Of a stretch of 64,000 nucleotides of DNA, positions 29,084 through 40,015 are shown in pieces; positions within the stretch are counted from its first letter, which is position 1, and each line of letters starts with the position of its first letter. The stretch comes from Methylococcales bacterium. Lineage in GTDB: Bacteria; Pseudomonadota; Gammaproteobacteria; Methylococcales; Methylomonadaceae. Made by a program: the position numbers and the translations under genes. Location: assembly GCA_003584875.1 (NCBI GenBank), contig QVQD01000200.1:824-64823 (forward strand). The letters run 5' to 3'. Below the pieces are notes generated by a model. The model searched no databases and had not been told where the DNA came from. It saw nothing but the letters and a program-made list of their open reading frames with translations.

Positions 29084-31462
29084 TTAATGAAAGTTAGAAA
29101 ATGTAATATTATGGCCTGCAGCAACTGTTACTCCTGTTAGTTCAATTGCAGAAAAAACACCAGCTGTATCTATTATTTTCCAAACATGATTGCTTGTTGA
29201 AGCCGCACTTGCACCCGTTTCTATGAGTAACTCTATGCCGCTACCTGTTGCAATGGCAAATTTATTGGTAGCTTGTGTATTTGAAAATAGCGCTGCTGCA
29301 CTCGCTGCTGTTAGTGCAGTACCTGCATTAGCATAGTTAAAAACTAAGCCTGTAGAATTAGCTGCTAAAGGAGCATTATTTGTTGCAAGTGTGGTTTTAT
29401 TTTGCAGCGTAAGGCCTGCTAAGGCATTGCCAGTTGCAGTAACGTTAAGTATGTCAGTAACGCTACCTGTTGAGCTGCCAAAGCCTGTGATTGTTACTTT
29501 GTTGTTATTAACCAGATAAATAGTATCTGCATTGGTATGTGTGCCTAAAGCGATGCTATCAGAACCACCGCCACCATTAATAGTTAATCCTCCACTAGTA
29601 TTGCCATTGATGGTGTCATTCTTAATAGAGCCTGTAATACTGGTTGTGCCATTGCCTGTCGCATTAATTGTCCAGCCACTAGTGCCTGCTGCGGCGCCAA
29701 CATTAACATTAAAGCCATTTGTATTGATGGTTGCAGCACTTGCAGTGGTTGCAGCATTTGATGTGCTAGCGGTTGCGATCCAAGAAGCCGCTAAGGTTGA
29801 AACGGAAGACCCACCTAAAGCTATTTTAACTATGTCCGCTCCACCATTGCCTAAATCAGTAATAGTATCAATTCCAGAAATATTAAATGTATCAATACCA
29901 GCGCCACCAGTCAAAGTAGCTTGACTATTAGCTTTGTCAAAAAGGCTGTCAGCCGCTGAAGTGCCCGTAACGTTTAAACTAATAGTGCCTGAAATTTTAG
30001 ATAATAATGCGTTATCTGCCAATGATTGTAGTGCAGTTATGGCTAAAGCACTGCCAATATTACTTTGGGTAATGCTGGTGATTTTTGCAATATTGTTCTG
30101 CAAAGTGTCTAAATTAGAGGCTATGTTAGCGCCAGTGTCGGTTACGGTCATAGAGCTAACATGGGTGTTTGCTGCTGTTGTTGCAACTGTAGCACTAGTG
30201 ACCCCAGAAACAGTTAAGGTATAGCTACCGCTTATTTTATTTAAGGCTGTGGCGTCAGCAGTAAGTTGAGACGCAGTTATAGCTAATGCAGTTGCTGTTC
30301 CGCTTTGAGTGATGCTAGAGATTTTGATGTTATTAGTTTGTAGTGCATCAAGGTTCAGAGCTATGTTTGCAGAAGTGTCAGTAATTGCAAAACTACTTGA
30401 GCTAAGGCTAGCAAGGTTACTAATAAAAGTGGCTATGCTTCCAGTGCTTGGAATTGGGGTAGGTGTCGAGCTTGTTGATTTTATGGTAAAGCCAAGTGCA
30501 TCTAGTTGTTGAAGATCAACTTTAGATAGCGCTTGAACTGTTGAGCCATTATAGAATTCATCAAAGGGGTCAGTGCTACCTTGTACTCCAGTATTTAGGA
30601 AGTCACTGGGGTCAGAGTTTTTACCATAGTCGGCTATTTTAGTTTTTCCACCATCTAAAGAAAAATAAGCCGATGCAGAAGGAATGGCGCTACTAAATAG
30701 AAGAGTTCCTGTTGAGCTGTAGCGAAATAAATCGAATATGTCTGGAGTTGGGCCATAAGGTACTCTACCCAGTGCATGGGTTAATTCATGCAATGCGACA
30801 CCAGGGAGTAAGCTAGGGTTGATGTCGGTAGCAAATATTGCTTGACCGTCAGTGGCTGTGGATGGCGCTAAACCCCAAAGTTTAAGCTGGGCTTCAAATA
30901 CTAATACTTGTGATTGCCCCTGTATAGTCGTTCCGGATGGAAGGCCGTTGAAGGTTGTGTCACCTGAGGCAGCATGGCTTTTTAAATTCGCAACAACGGT
31001 AGAGTAGGCTAGGGTGGTGCCGTTAGTGGGTCCTGCACCTGCGCCACCCCCGGTTCCAGTATAAGAAATGTTAATATTTAGAACGACCTTATTCGATAGG
31101 GCATCGCAGAGCATTTGAGCGGCTTTTATAATGCCAGCTTGAAAGGTTGCCGGTGCGCCACTTACGTTGCTGCCCCAGACTAAATTGATTTGCAAGCCTC
31201 CGGCAGTTCCTACTAAAGTAGGAGTTGGAGTTGTTGAGGCTAGGGAAAGAGCAGGTAGAGTGGATGACGAGTTGCTGGTCGAAGATGTGGCCAGCCAAAT
31301 AGGGTTTGAGTAGTCACTATAAGCCTGTGATGTTGAAAGATTAGCTCTATATTGAGAGGGACTGGATACCGAAAGGTTGCTATTTGCAACTGGACTTAAA
31401 TAGTCCTGTGTGTCATCTGTACTATTTGTTTTTGAGCTAACTAATAAATTTGTTGTTTTCAT
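29084..31462 (-). CDS. Large secreted HExxH zinc-metalloprotease-domain protein with two ~80-aa tandem modules and RTX-like Gly/Asp repeats (792 aa, no N-terminal signal peptide)
   Basis: Contains VALHELTHALG (aa 222-232), DLFRY and YFSLDGG. The duplicated module is (I/V)TDT.ANIA.NLD.LQ.N..KI.SITQS...ALAIT..Q......L.KISG...L.V.G at aa ~359 and ~439. Also present are LTGGAGIDTF, LGNGGADIV and INGGGGSDSI. The N-terminus is polar (MKTTNLLVSSKTNSTDDTQD). Confidence 0.7.
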   Translation of the reverse strand: MKTTNLLVSSKTNSTDDTQDYLSPVANSNLSVSSPSQYRANLSTSQAYSDYSNPIWLATSSTSNSSSTLPALSLASTTPTPTLVGTAGGLQINLVWGSNVSGAPATFQAGIIKAAQMLCDALSNKVVLNINISYTGTGGGAGAGPTNGTTLAYSTVVANLKSHAASGDTTFNGLPSGTTIQGQSQVLVFEAQLKLWGLAPSTATDGQAIFATDINPSLLPGVALHELTHALGRVPYGPTPDIFDLFRYSSTGTLLFSSAIPSASAYFSLDGGKTKIADYGKNSDPSDFLNTGVQGSTDPFDEFYNGSTVQALSKVDLQQLDALGFTIKSTSSTPTPIPSTGSIATFISNLASLSSSSFAITDTSANIALNLDALQTNNIKISSITQSGTATALAITASQLTADATALNKISGSYTLTVSGVTSATVATTAANTHVSSMTVTDTGANIASNLDTLQNNIAKITSITQSNIGSALAITALQSLADNALLSKISGTISLNVTGTSAADSLFDKANSQATLTGGAGIDTFNISGIDTITDLGNGGADIVKIALGGSSVSTLAASWIATASTSNAATTASAATINTNGFNVNVGAAAGTSGWTINATGNGTTSITGSIKNDTINGNTSGGLTINGGGGSDSIALGTHTNADTIYLVNNNKVTITGFGSSTGSVTDILNVTATGNALAGLTLQNKTTLATNNAPLAANSTGLVFNYANAGTALTAASAAALFSNTQATNKFAIATGSGIELLIETGASAASTSNHVWKIIDTAGVFSAIELTGVTVAAGHNITFSNFH

Positions 31463-32248
31463 GGTCCTAACCTTAATTAATATTCAGTTTTATATTCAAC
31501 TTGAAATCGTGAAGGTTGCGTATGATTATGCTCAGACAATCAAAACTTACCTTTTAATCTTATTTAATTAAGATTAAAGATTAGGTATGAATTTTAAATA
31601 CCGTATTGTAATTATATAAGGAAGATCTAATTATTTAAATCAAGATTAAGGGGTATATTTGACTTTAATTTGAGCTAATAGGATTAAGTCTAGGTACACA
31701 GTAATCACCTAACTTATAAACTAACAAAACTTTATGGGAAAAGCCATGTAGAGTGTGCAAACAGCTTTATCGTTTGCCCACCATTTGTCGATTGAGTAGT
31801 GGGCAGAATAGAGTTACCCACCCTATTTGACTATTAAGCCCAGTAACTTGCCTTTATTGAAATCATAGGGGGCTCGTGAGCCCCGGTGGTTACTCAATAG
31901 AAGCTATCTGACGGGCTACTTTTAACTTTAGCGGGGCTATTGAGCTTCTTACTTGGTCTCGATAGGCCAGTTGGATTACAAATAGCCCCCCCGAGTTAGC
32001 TAATTGAGCCTATCAACGTGGCAACGTTGGTTGTCAGGGAAGGGGGTGTTAATGCGTCAGTGCAAATAATTGATCGTTGGTTTGGTATCGCGAATGATGC
32101 ACTATAATTGTTAGCTATTTTTATGGGTTAATAGGGTTTTAATTTTCTCGGCGTCCATGTTGGGTTAACGATAGAGTACTAAGTCCAACCTACTGCAACA
32201 TCTACACATTCTTTTTTCCCGTGTTAAGGGGTAGCCGATTGTTACTTA

Positions 32249-33856
32249 TCATGAACTACAAGATAACATAGAGCATCCAGCGCGTTGTCTTGCCCAGTCG
32301 GGGCGTTTTTCTGCATAGCTTTCATAGACGGGTTGTTCATCATAAGGGTGGCGTAAACAGTCTAAAAGTTCATTAACCATTTTAAAATCACCTGCTTCAG
32401 CTTTATCTATGGCTAATTGCGCCAGATAGTTACGCAATACAAATTTAGGATTGACAGCGTGCATGCGTATTCGTCTCTCTACATCAGAGCTGTTATCTTG
32501 TTGCACACGTTTAATATAGCGATATAGCCAGTCGTATAAGTGAGTTTTGTAATTGGCGGTTAGTTGTTCAGGTAAATAGTAGGCTGGCATTAACGGTAAT
32601 ATTAAGCTTTCGTGATCGGGCTGTATATCTATTGAAATCATCGCTAATTGTCGATAGAAAATAGTCATATCAGTTTCTACGCGTTGCAAAAGGGCGATTA
32701 AGTCGTTAAATAAGCTTTCATCTGTTTCTGGTTGATAACGATTTAAGCCTAGTTTGTCTGCCATCATGGCTTGCCAGCCTTGTTCGAACGTTTCTGTGTA
32801 AACATTGAGGGCGGCTTGCAAGGGTTCAACTTGTTCAATGAGTGGATACAAGGCATTAGCCAATTGGCCTAAATTCCAGTAAGCGATTTGCGGCTGGTGA
32901 CCGAAGCGATAACGTCTGTGCTCGACATCAGTCGTATTGGGTGTCCAGTTTGGATCGTAGTTTTCTAACCAGCCATAAGGGCCGTAATCTATGGTTAAAC
33001 CTAATATGGACATGTTGTCGGTATTCATCACGCCATGCACAAAGCCTACGCGTTGCCAGTGTACGATCATATTAGCGGTTTTTTGACAGACTTCTGAAAA
33101 CCAAGCCAAATAGACAGAAGGTGAGGGTTCGCCTAAGTGTGGGTAGTGTGTGCGTAGCGTGTGGTCAGCTAATTGTTTTAATAAGGTATGATCACGTCGT
33201 GCGGTTAAGATTTGAAAGCTACCAAAGCGCGTAAAGCTAGGCGCGACCCTGCAAACCACAGCGCCGGGCTCTGCTTTTGGGTTGCCATTGTAAAACATGT
33301 CTCTGATAACCGATTCTCCAGTTAAAGTGAGACTTAAGGCTCTAGTAGTTGGGATGCCTAAATGATGCATAGCTTCGCTGCATAAAAACTCACGGACAGA
33401 GGAGCGCAGCACAGCTAAGCCATCGGCTGTTCTGGAGTAGGGTGTGCGGCCAGCGCCTTTAAGTTGTAGAGCCCAGCGTTCACCTCTACTATTAATAACC
33501 TCACCTAAATTGATGGCGCGACCATCACCCAGTTGTCCTGCCCAATGGCCAAATTGATGCCCACCGTAGCAAATCGCATAAGGTTCCATGCCCTTAGCAA
33601 TACGGTTGCCTGTAAAGACATGGGTAAAGTCATCGCTGTTACAAAGTTCGGGTGTTAAATCGAGTAGTTCTGCAACTTCATGCGCATAAGCCACTCTTTG
33701 AGGATTTGCAACTTTAGTCGGCAATACCTTTGAATAACAGGCGTCAAAAACTTGGCGTGGATAATTATGGGTTTCATTATCGCAGGGTAAGTCGCGGATG
33801 AAGTTATTGTCGAAGTTTAAGTCATCAAGTTGACTAAGAGGTTTAATAGGGTACAT
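32249..33856 (-). CDS. selO: Protein adenylyltransferase SelO (YdiU/UPF0061)
   Basis: Contains GGHQFGHWAGQLGDGRAI, HGVMNTDNMS and a C-terminal ..CSS. Confidence 0.9.
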   Translation of the reverse strand: MYPIKPLSQLDDLNFDNNFIRDLPCDNETHNYPRQVFDACYSKVLPTKVANPQRVAYAHEVAELLDLTPELCNSDDFTHVFTGNRIAKGMEPYAICYGGHQFGHWAGQLGDGRAINLGEVINSRGERWALQLKGAGRTPYSRTADGLAVLRSSVREFLCSEAMHHLGIPTTRALSLTLTGESVIRDMFYNGNPKAEPGAVVCRVAPSFTRFGSFQILTARRDHTLLKQLADHTLRTHYPHLGEPSPSVYLAWFSEVCQKTANMIVHWQRVGFVHGVMNTDNMSILGLTIDYGPYGWLENYDPNWTPNTTDVEHRRYRFGHQPQIAYWNLGQLANALYPLIEQVEPLQAALNVYTETFEQGWQAMMADKLGLNRYQPETDESLFNDLIALLQRVETDMTIFYRQLAMISIDIQPDHESLILPLMPAYYLPEQLTANYKTHLYDWLYRYIKRVQQDNSSDVERRIRMHAVNPKFVLRNYLAQLAIDKAEAGDFKMVNELLDCLRHPYDEQPVYESYAEKRPDWARQRAGCSMLSCSS

Positions 33857-34008
33857 GTATTGAGATTCAATGTTATTTGCGGCAGGTTAATGATAGATTA
33901 TCATAATAATGTTGATTGAGTAGTTGCTAGAGTTATTCGTTTAATTATGGGTTTTTGAATCCAAATAATGTGCAAAGCTAAAGCTGTTCGATATTAGTAA
34001 GCTATTTT

Positions 34009-34039
34009 GTCGGGTTACGCTATCGCTTACCTGACCTAC
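34009..34039. repeat. Solo REP (GTCGGGTTACGCTATCGCTTACCTGACCTAC), followed by a (TTTAAC)n hexamer microsatellite at 34041-34068
   Basis: Read directly from the sequence. Confidence 0.7.
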
Positions 34040-34261
34040 GTTTAAGTTTAACTTTAACTTTAACTTAACATTGAATTGAGGGCTGGGGTGTGAGTTTTAA
34101 CTAAAGACTTTGATTAGCCAGAACAGAGTAAAAAATAAAACTTACAAATATTAGTTATTTATGAATTTTTACATGAAATATCTCTTATGGTATTCTACGC
34201 AACAATTTTAATTGTGTTTTGTTTCACTAAAATACCATCTACATAGCATTTAGAGAAAATA

Positions 34262-34738
34262 ATGACCGAATCAAATAGTATTCAAGAAACAGTGCAGGGC
34301 GTTATCGCTACGCTCAAAGACAAGCCTGGTGCGCTTTTACCCATACTGCATGGTATCCAAGATGCAATAGGGTATATTCCAGCTGATAGTGTGCCTGCAA
34401 TAGCTCAGGGGCTTCATCTTTCTCGTGCTGAAGTGCATGGCGTGATTAGTTTTTATCATTATTTTCGAGAGACGCCACCGGGTAAGCAAACTATTCATAT
34501 TTGTCGTGCTGAATCTTGCCAAGCTATGGGTGGTAAGCACTTAGAACAATATGCAAAAGATCAATTAGGTATTGATTATCATGAGACGACTACTGATGGT
34601 CAGTTTTCATTAGAGCCCGTCTATTGTCTAGGTAATTGTGCCTGTTCTCCTGCTATGCAAATTGGTAGCGATATTTATGGTCGAGTCTCAACACAAAGTT
34701 TTGACGCTATTATTAACGAAAAGAAGGAACAGGCATGA
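34262..34738 (+). CDS. fdsG: NAD-dependent formate dehydrogenase gamma subunit (NuoE-like 2Fe-2S)
   Basis: Cys motifs CRAESCQ...CLGNCACSP. First gene of the fds operon. Confidence 0.9.
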   Translation: MTESNSIQETVQGVIATLKDKPGALLPILHGIQDAIGYIPADSVPAIAQGLHLSRAEVHGVISFYHYFRETPPGKQTIHICRAESCQAMGGKHLEQYAKDQLGIDYHETTTDGQFSLEPVYCLGNCACSPAMQIGSDIYGRVSTQSFDAIINEKKEQA

Positions 34739-36288
34739 GTATCAATGTTTATGTACCCGCTGACTCCAGCGCCATATCATTAGGTGCTGATCGTATTGCT
34801 GCTGCAATTACTTTAGAAGCTCAGAGTCGCGGTATTGAAATTAACTTAATACGTAATGGTTCCAGAGGTCTATATTGGTTGGAACCTTTAGTTGAAGTCG
34901 TTACTGATGCAGGTCGTATTGCTTATGGTCCTGTTCAAGTCAGTGATGTCAGTGCTTTGTTTGAGGCAGATTTCTTGCATGGCGGTGATCATCAATTAGC
35001 GTTAGGTTCTATTGAAGAGTTAGATTTTTTTAAAAAACAACAGCGCTTAACCTTTGCTCGTATCGGTACAACTGATCCTATTAGTCTTGATGACTATCTT
35101 GCTAACGACGGTTATCGCGGTTTAGGTAATGCTTTAAAACAGTCACAAGCTGATATCGTTAAAGCAGTGACTGATTCTGGTTTGCGTGGACGCGGTGGTG
35201 CAGCATTTCCAACTGGGATTAAATGGAATACGGTTTTAAATACGCCCTCTGAACAAAAATACATTATCTGTAATGCCGATGAAGGCGATTCGGGTACTTT
35301 CTCTGATCGTATGGTGATGGAAGGAGATCCCTTTGTCTTAATAGAAGGGATGACCATCGCAGGCATTGCTGTCGGTGCTAACCAAGGTTATATCTACCTT
35401 CGAGTAGAATATCCACATGCCCATATTGCCTTAAATGCCGCTATTGAAAAAGCTTATGCAGCAGGTTATTTGGGTGATGATATTCAAGGCACTGGCAAAG
35501 CTTTTCATCTTGAGGTTCGTTTAGGTGCAGGCGCTTACGTTTGTGGTGAAGAAACCTCTTTAATGGAAAGCTTAGAAGGTAAACGTGGTTTGGTACGTTT
35601 TAAACCACCCTTACCTGCGATTAGTGGCCTATTTGGTCAACCTACAGTCGTCAATAATGTTATTTCACTTGCGTCTGTGCCTATTATTCTTGATAAAGGT
35701 GGTGATTATTACCGTGATTTCGGTATGGGGCGTTCACGCGGTACCTTGCCTTTACAATTAGCCGGAAATATCAAACATCCTGGTTTGTTTGAATTTGCTT
35801 TTGGTTTAACGTTACGTGAATTACTTTATGATTTTGGTGGCGGTTCTGCTACTGGACGTCCTATAAAAGCTGTGCAAGTTGGTGGTCCCTTAGGTGCTTA
35901 CTTACCTGAATCTCAATTTGACACCCCTTTAGATTACGAAGCCTTCGCTGCTAATTGGACTGTATTGGGTCATGGTGGTGTGGTGGTTTTTGATGATACG
36001 GCTGATATGGCCGCTTTAGCACGTTACAACATGGAGTTTTGTGCTATTGAATCTTGCGGTAAATGCACACCTTGTCGCATAGGTTCTACTCGTGGCATCG
36101 AAGTCATGGATGAGATCATTAATGGTCTGGAGATCAGTAAAAATATTCCTTTGTTACGTGATCTTTGCAATACCTTACTAAACGGTTCGCTTTGTGCATT
36201 AGGCGGCATGACTCCCTATCCAGTCTTAAGTGCGTTAAATCATTTTCCCGAAGATTTCGGTGTAACTGATACGACTGACGCAGCCTAA
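34735..36288 (+). CDS. fdsB: NAD-dependent formate dehydrogenase beta subunit (NuoF-like, FMN/NAD/4Fe-4S)
   Basis: Contains [10 protein letters not shown] and [10 protein letters not shown]. Confidence 0.9.
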   Translation: MSINVYVPADSSAISLGADRIAAAITLEAQSRGIEINLIRNGSRGLYWLEPLVEVVTDAGRIAYGPVQVSDVSALFEADFLHGGDHQLALGSIEELDFFKKQQRLTFARIGTTDPISLDDYLANDGYRGLGNALKQSQADIVKAVTDSGLRGRGGAAFPTGIKWNTVLNTPSEQKYIICNADEGDSGTFSDRMVMEGDPFVLIEGMTIAGIAVGANQGYIYLRVEYPHAHIALNAAIEKAYAAGYLGDDIQGTGKAFHLEVRLGAGAYVCGEETSLMESLEGKRGLVRFKPPLPAISGLFGQPTVVNNVISLASVPIILDKGGDYYRDFGMGRSRGTLPLQLAGNIKHPGLFEFAFGLTLRELLYDFGGGSATGRPIKAVQVGGPLGAYLPESQFDTPLDYEAFAANWTVLGHGGVVVFDDTADMAALARYNMEFCAIESCGKCTPCRIGSTRGIEVMDEIINGLEISKNIPLLRDLCNTLLNGSLCALGGMTPYPVLSALNHFPEDFGVTDTTDAA

Positions 36289-36309
36289 AAACGACACAAG
36301 GAATTCATT

Positions 36310-39162
36310 ATGAGCATTAATAAAGAACAAGATTTCGGTACGCCTGCCAGCACTGCACTTGAACAAGTCACTTTGGAAATTGACGGTTTTAAAGTCACTG
36401 CACCAGCGGGCACCTCTATTATGAGAGCTGCGGCTAGTATAGGCATTGATATACCTAAGCTGTGCGCTACTGACAGTATTGAACCTTTTGGTTCTTGTCG
36501 GCTATGTGTAGTACAAATTGAGGGCGGACGTGGTATGCCTGCTTCTTGTACGACACCGGTTGCTGAAGGTTTAAAAGTAAGTACCCAGAATCAAAAGTTG
36601 GCTGAAGTACGACGTGGTGTGATGGAATTGTATATTTCAGATCATCCTTTAGATTGCTTAACGTGTTCTGCAAACGGCGATTGCGAATTGCAAGATATGG
36701 CTGGTGCAGTAGGTTTACGTGAAGTGCGTTACAACCCTGTTGAAACTCATTTACATGCCGTTAAAGATGAAAGTAATCCTTACTTTAGTTTTGATCCTAG
36801 CAAATGTATTGTCTGTTCACGTTGCGTTAGAGCTTGTGAAGAAACCCAAGGTACTTTTGCTTTAACCATTGATGGTCGTGGTTTTGATTCTAAAGTATCC
36901 CCTAGTCAAAATGAAGCATTCATGGATTCTGAATGTGTCTCTTGTGGTGCTTGCGTTCAAGCCTGCCCAACCGCAACTTTAATGGAAAAGTCAGTTATAG
37001 ATCATGGACAGCCAGAACATGCCATAGTGACCACTTGCGCTTATTGCGGAGTGGGTTGTTCTTTTAGAGCAGAAATGAAAGGCGAGCAAGTGATTCGCAT
37101 GGTGCCTAATAAAGACGGCAAAGCTAATCATGGTCATTCTTGCGTTAAGGGTCGTTTTGCTTTTGGTTATGCCACACATAAAGATCGCATTACTAAACCG
37201 ATGATTCGTGCCAGTATCAAAGACGCTTGGCAAGAAGTGACTTGGGAAGAGGCGATTAATCACGCAGCTTCTGAATTAAAACGTATACAAGCTAAATATG
37301 GTAAGGATTCCATTGGCGGCATAACTTCTTCTCGTTGTACTAATGAAGAAGTTTATATTATGCAAAAATTGATACGTGCAGGTTTTGGCAACAATAACGT
37401 TGATACTTGTGCACGAGTTTGTCATTCACCTACTGGTTATGGTCTAAAACAAACTTTTGGTGAATCATCGGGTACGCAAGATTTTGATTCTGTTATGAAG
37501 GCGGATGTTATTTTAGTCATGGGCGCTAATCCAACAGACGGACACCCAGTATTTGGCTCTATGATGAAAAAGCGCTTACGTCAGGGCGCTAAATTGATTG
37601 TTATTGATCCACGTGAAATTGATCTCGTTGAAAAAAGTCCTCACATTCAGGCTGATTACCATCTTAAATTGCGCCCAGGTACTAATGTTGCCTTAATCAG
37701 CGCCTTGGCACACGTTATCGTCGCTGAGCAGTTGATAGATGAGAATTTTGTTAATGAGCGTTGTGATGTTGCTTCATTCAATAAATGGAAAACATTTATT
37801 GCTCAAGATCAATATTCACCTGAAGCTACTGCTGACATTACTGGTGTCCCTGCTGAACAAATGAGAGCTGCGGCAAGGCTTTATGCGACTGGTGGTAATG
37901 CTGCTATTTATTATGGCTTAGGAGTTACAGAACACAGTCAAGGCTCTACAACGGTTATCGGTATTGCTAACTTGGCGATGGCGACTGGTAATTTGGGGCG
38001 TGATGGCGTGGGTGTTAATCCTTTACGTGGACAAAATAATGTTCAGGGTTCTTGCGATATGGGTTCATTCCCGCATGAGTTCCCTGGTTATCGACATGTT
38101 TCTGATGAACAAACACATCGTTTGTTTGAAGATGCTTGGCAGGCAGAATTAAGCTGGCAACCGGGTCTACGTATTCCTAATATGTTTGATGCCGCCATGG
38201 ATAAAAGCTTTATGGGCTTGTACTGTGAAGGTGAGGATATTGCTCAATCTGATCCTGATATTCAACATGTACATGCGGCCTTACGTGCCATGGAATGCGT
38301 TATCGTTCAGGATATCTTCTTGAATGAAACCGCTAAATTTGCCCACGTATTTTTGCCCGGTGCATCATTTCTAGAAAAGAATGGTACCTTTACCAATGCC
38401 GAACGCCGTATTTCTCCGGTGCGAAAGGTCATGTCACCTTTAGCGGGTTATCAAGATTGGGAAGTGACGCAAATGTTGGCCAATGCCATGGATTACCCTA
38501 TGAATTACAGTCATCCATCTGAAATCATGGCTGAAATTGCTAGCTTAACACCTTCTTTTGCTGGTGTGAGTTATGAAAAAATTGACCAGTTAGGCAGTAT
38601 ACAATGGCCTTGTTATGACGAAGCCTCAACAGGCACGCCAATTATGCACGAAGAGACTTTTATGCGTGATAACGGTAAAGGCTTATTTATGTTGACCGAA
38701 TATGTGGCAACTGAGGAACGGGTTACCAAGAAGTTTCCGTTGATTTTGACCACAGGCCGTATCTTGTCGCAATATAATGTCGGTGCCCAAACGCGTCGTA
38801 CCGAAAATAATGCTTGGCATTCGGAAGATCTTTTAGAAATTCATTCTCATGATGCTGAAGATCGTGGCTTAAACAGCGGTGATTGGGTCGGTATTAAAAG
38901 TCGTGTCGGTGAGACGGTGTTGCGTGCTTTAATCACTGATCGCGTTCAACCAGGTGTGGTTTATACCACTTTCCACTTTCCAGAATCGGGTGCTAATGTT
39001 ATTACGACTGATAATTCAGACTGGGCGACTAACTGTCCAGAATACAAAGTGACAGCTGTTCAAGTCAGTAAAGTCAGTCAGACTTCTGAGTGGCAAGAAC
39101 AGTATCAGGCATTTTCAGATAATCAGTTGGAATTACTGGCTCAAGGCTCGCAGAATGACTAA
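36310..39162 (+). CDS. fdsA: NAD-dependent formate dehydrogenase alpha subunit (molybdopterin, Cys-type)
   Basis: The N-terminus has 2Fe-2S and 4Fe-4S cysteine clusters. Also present are CAYCGVGC, and CARVCHSPTG with the Mo-ligand Cys. There is no in-frame TGA. Confidence 0.95.
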   Translation: MSINKEQDFGTPASTALEQVTLEIDGFKVTAPAGTSIMRAAASIGIDIPKLCATDSIEPFGSCRLCVVQIEGGRGMPASCTTPVAEGLKVSTQNQKLAEVRRGVMELYISDHPLDCLTCSANGDCELQDMAGAVGLREVRYNPVETHLHAVKDESNPYFSFDPSKCIVCSRCVRACEETQGTFALTIDGRGFDSKVSPSQNEAFMDSECVSCGACVQACPTATLMEKSVIDHGQPEHAIVTTCAYCGVGCSFRAEMKGEQVIRMVPNKDGKANHGHSCVKGRFAFGYATHKDRITKPMIRASIKDAWQEVTWEEAINHAASELKRIQAKYGKDSIGGITSSRCTNEEVYIMQKLIRAGFGNNNVDTCARVCHSPTGYGLKQTFGESSGTQDFDSVMKADVILVMGANPTDGHPVFGSMMKKRLRQGAKLIVIDPREIDLVEKSPHIQADYHLKLRPGTNVALISALAHVIVAEQLIDENFVNERCDVASFNKWKTFIAQDQYSPEATADITGVPAEQMRAAARLYATGGNAAIYYGLGVTEHSQGSTTVIGIANLAMATGNLGRDGVGVNPLRGQNNVQGSCDMGSFPHEFPGYRHVSDEQTHRLFEDAWQAELSWQPGLRIPNMFDAAMDKSFMGLYCEGEDIAQSDPDIQHVHAALRAMECVIVQDIFLNETAKFAHVFLPGASFLEKNGTFTNAERRISPVRKVMSPLAGYQDWEVTQMLANAMDYPMNYSHPSEIMAEIASLTPSFAGVSYEKIDQLGSIQWPCYDEASTGTPIMHEETFMRDNGKGLFMLTEYVATEERVTKKFPLILTTGRILSQYNVGAQTRRTENNAWHSEDLLEIHSHDAEDRGLNSGDWVGIKSRVGETVLRALITDRVQPGVVYTTFHFPESGANVITTDNSDWATNCPEYKVTAVQVSKVSQTSEWQEQYQAFSDNQLELLAQGSQND

Positions 39163-40000
39163 CGGCAATGCCGTTACTCAATCTTTATCATTAGAGTTAG
39201 GCTGGCCTAGTTATCAGCAGCGTTCAGTAGATTGTTGGCAAGGAAGCCAGCAATCAATTGAGCAAGATTTTATTGCTGAAGAAGTGCCGGTATCCTTGGT
39301 TTATAATGGCATTCCACATGTCGTTATGTTAACAACACCCACTAATCTTGAAGAGTTTGCTTTAGGTTTTAGTATCACTGAAGGAATTATTAAAGCGCCT
39401 CATGAACTACTTTCAGCGAAGATTTATAATCGCCGTAGTGGAATTGAAGTGCATCTTAAAATACCCGAGCAACGTGCAGTGTGTATGACTGATAAAGGTA
39501 GAAACTTAACAGGTCGTACAGGTTGCGGATTGTGTGGTGCAAGTACCTTGGAGCAGGCAATAAAACGTCCTAGTGTTGTTGCTGGAAGTTTAAGCCTAGA
39601 TGCACGAGTATTGTCTAGTGCCTTAGCAGACATGAAGCATCGTCAAACACTTAACGATTTAACGGGATCTGTACATGCAGCGGCATGGGTGGTGCCAGGG
39701 CAGGGAATAGTTGATATTCGTGAAGATGTAGGGCGCCATAATGCCCTAGATAAGCTCATAGGCTCATTATTACTTAGTGGTAAAGACTTGGCGTCTGGTT
39801 TCGTTCTTGTGACCAGTCGCGCTAGTTATGAATTAGTACAAAAAACAGCTAGCGTTGGTATTTCTATGCTAGCGGCTATCTCTGCACCGACTGGTTTAGC
39901 TATTAGGTTAGCAGATGAAGCTGGACTTACTTTGATTGGTTTTGCGCGTGGTGATCGATGTGTTGTTTATAGTCATCCTCAGCGCTTAACCCATATTTAA
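39155..40000 (+). CDS. fdhD: Formate dehydrogenase accessory sulfurtransferase FdhD
   Basis: Contains GRTGCGLCG and VGRHNALDKLIG. Confidence 0.9.
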   Translation: MTNGNAVTQSLSLELGWPSYQQRSVDCWQGSQQSIEQDFIAEEVPVSLVYNGIPHVVMLTTPTNLEEFALGFSITEGIIKAPHELLSAKIYNRRSGIEVHLKIPEQRAVCMTDKGRNLTGRTGCGLCGASTLEQAIKRPSVVAGSLSLDARVLSSALADMKHRQTLNDLTGSVHAAAWVVPGQGIVDIREDVGRHNALDKLIGSLLLSGKDLASGFVLVTSRASYELVQKTASVGISMLAAISAPTGLAIRLADEAGLTLIGFARGDRCVVYSHPQRLTHI

Positions 40001-40015
40001 ACTTAATAGAGCATC

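Noticed and set aside
29532-30512. Plus-strand ORFs of 67-130 aa antisense to the 792-aa gene
   Set aside because: They are by-products of the biased Ala/Thr/Ser/Gly codon usage of the real minus-strand gene. Their sequences are Val/Pro/Ala-rich nonsense.
31868-32060. The GC-rich island as SRP RNA, tmRNA, 6S RNA or a c-di-GMP riboswitch
   Set aside because: By eye it lacks the defining conserved segments of each: the SRP GGAAGCAGCC loop, the tmRNA tRNA-like ends and tag ORF, the 6S long bulged helix, and the GEMM ACGCAAAGC elements. It is kept only as an unexplained structured region.
36310-39162. Possible selenocysteine recoding in the formate dehydrogenase alpha subunit
   Set aside because: The ORF is uninterrupted, and the Mo-ligand position reads Cys (CARVCHSPTG). 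There is no in-frame TGA and no SECIS-like need.
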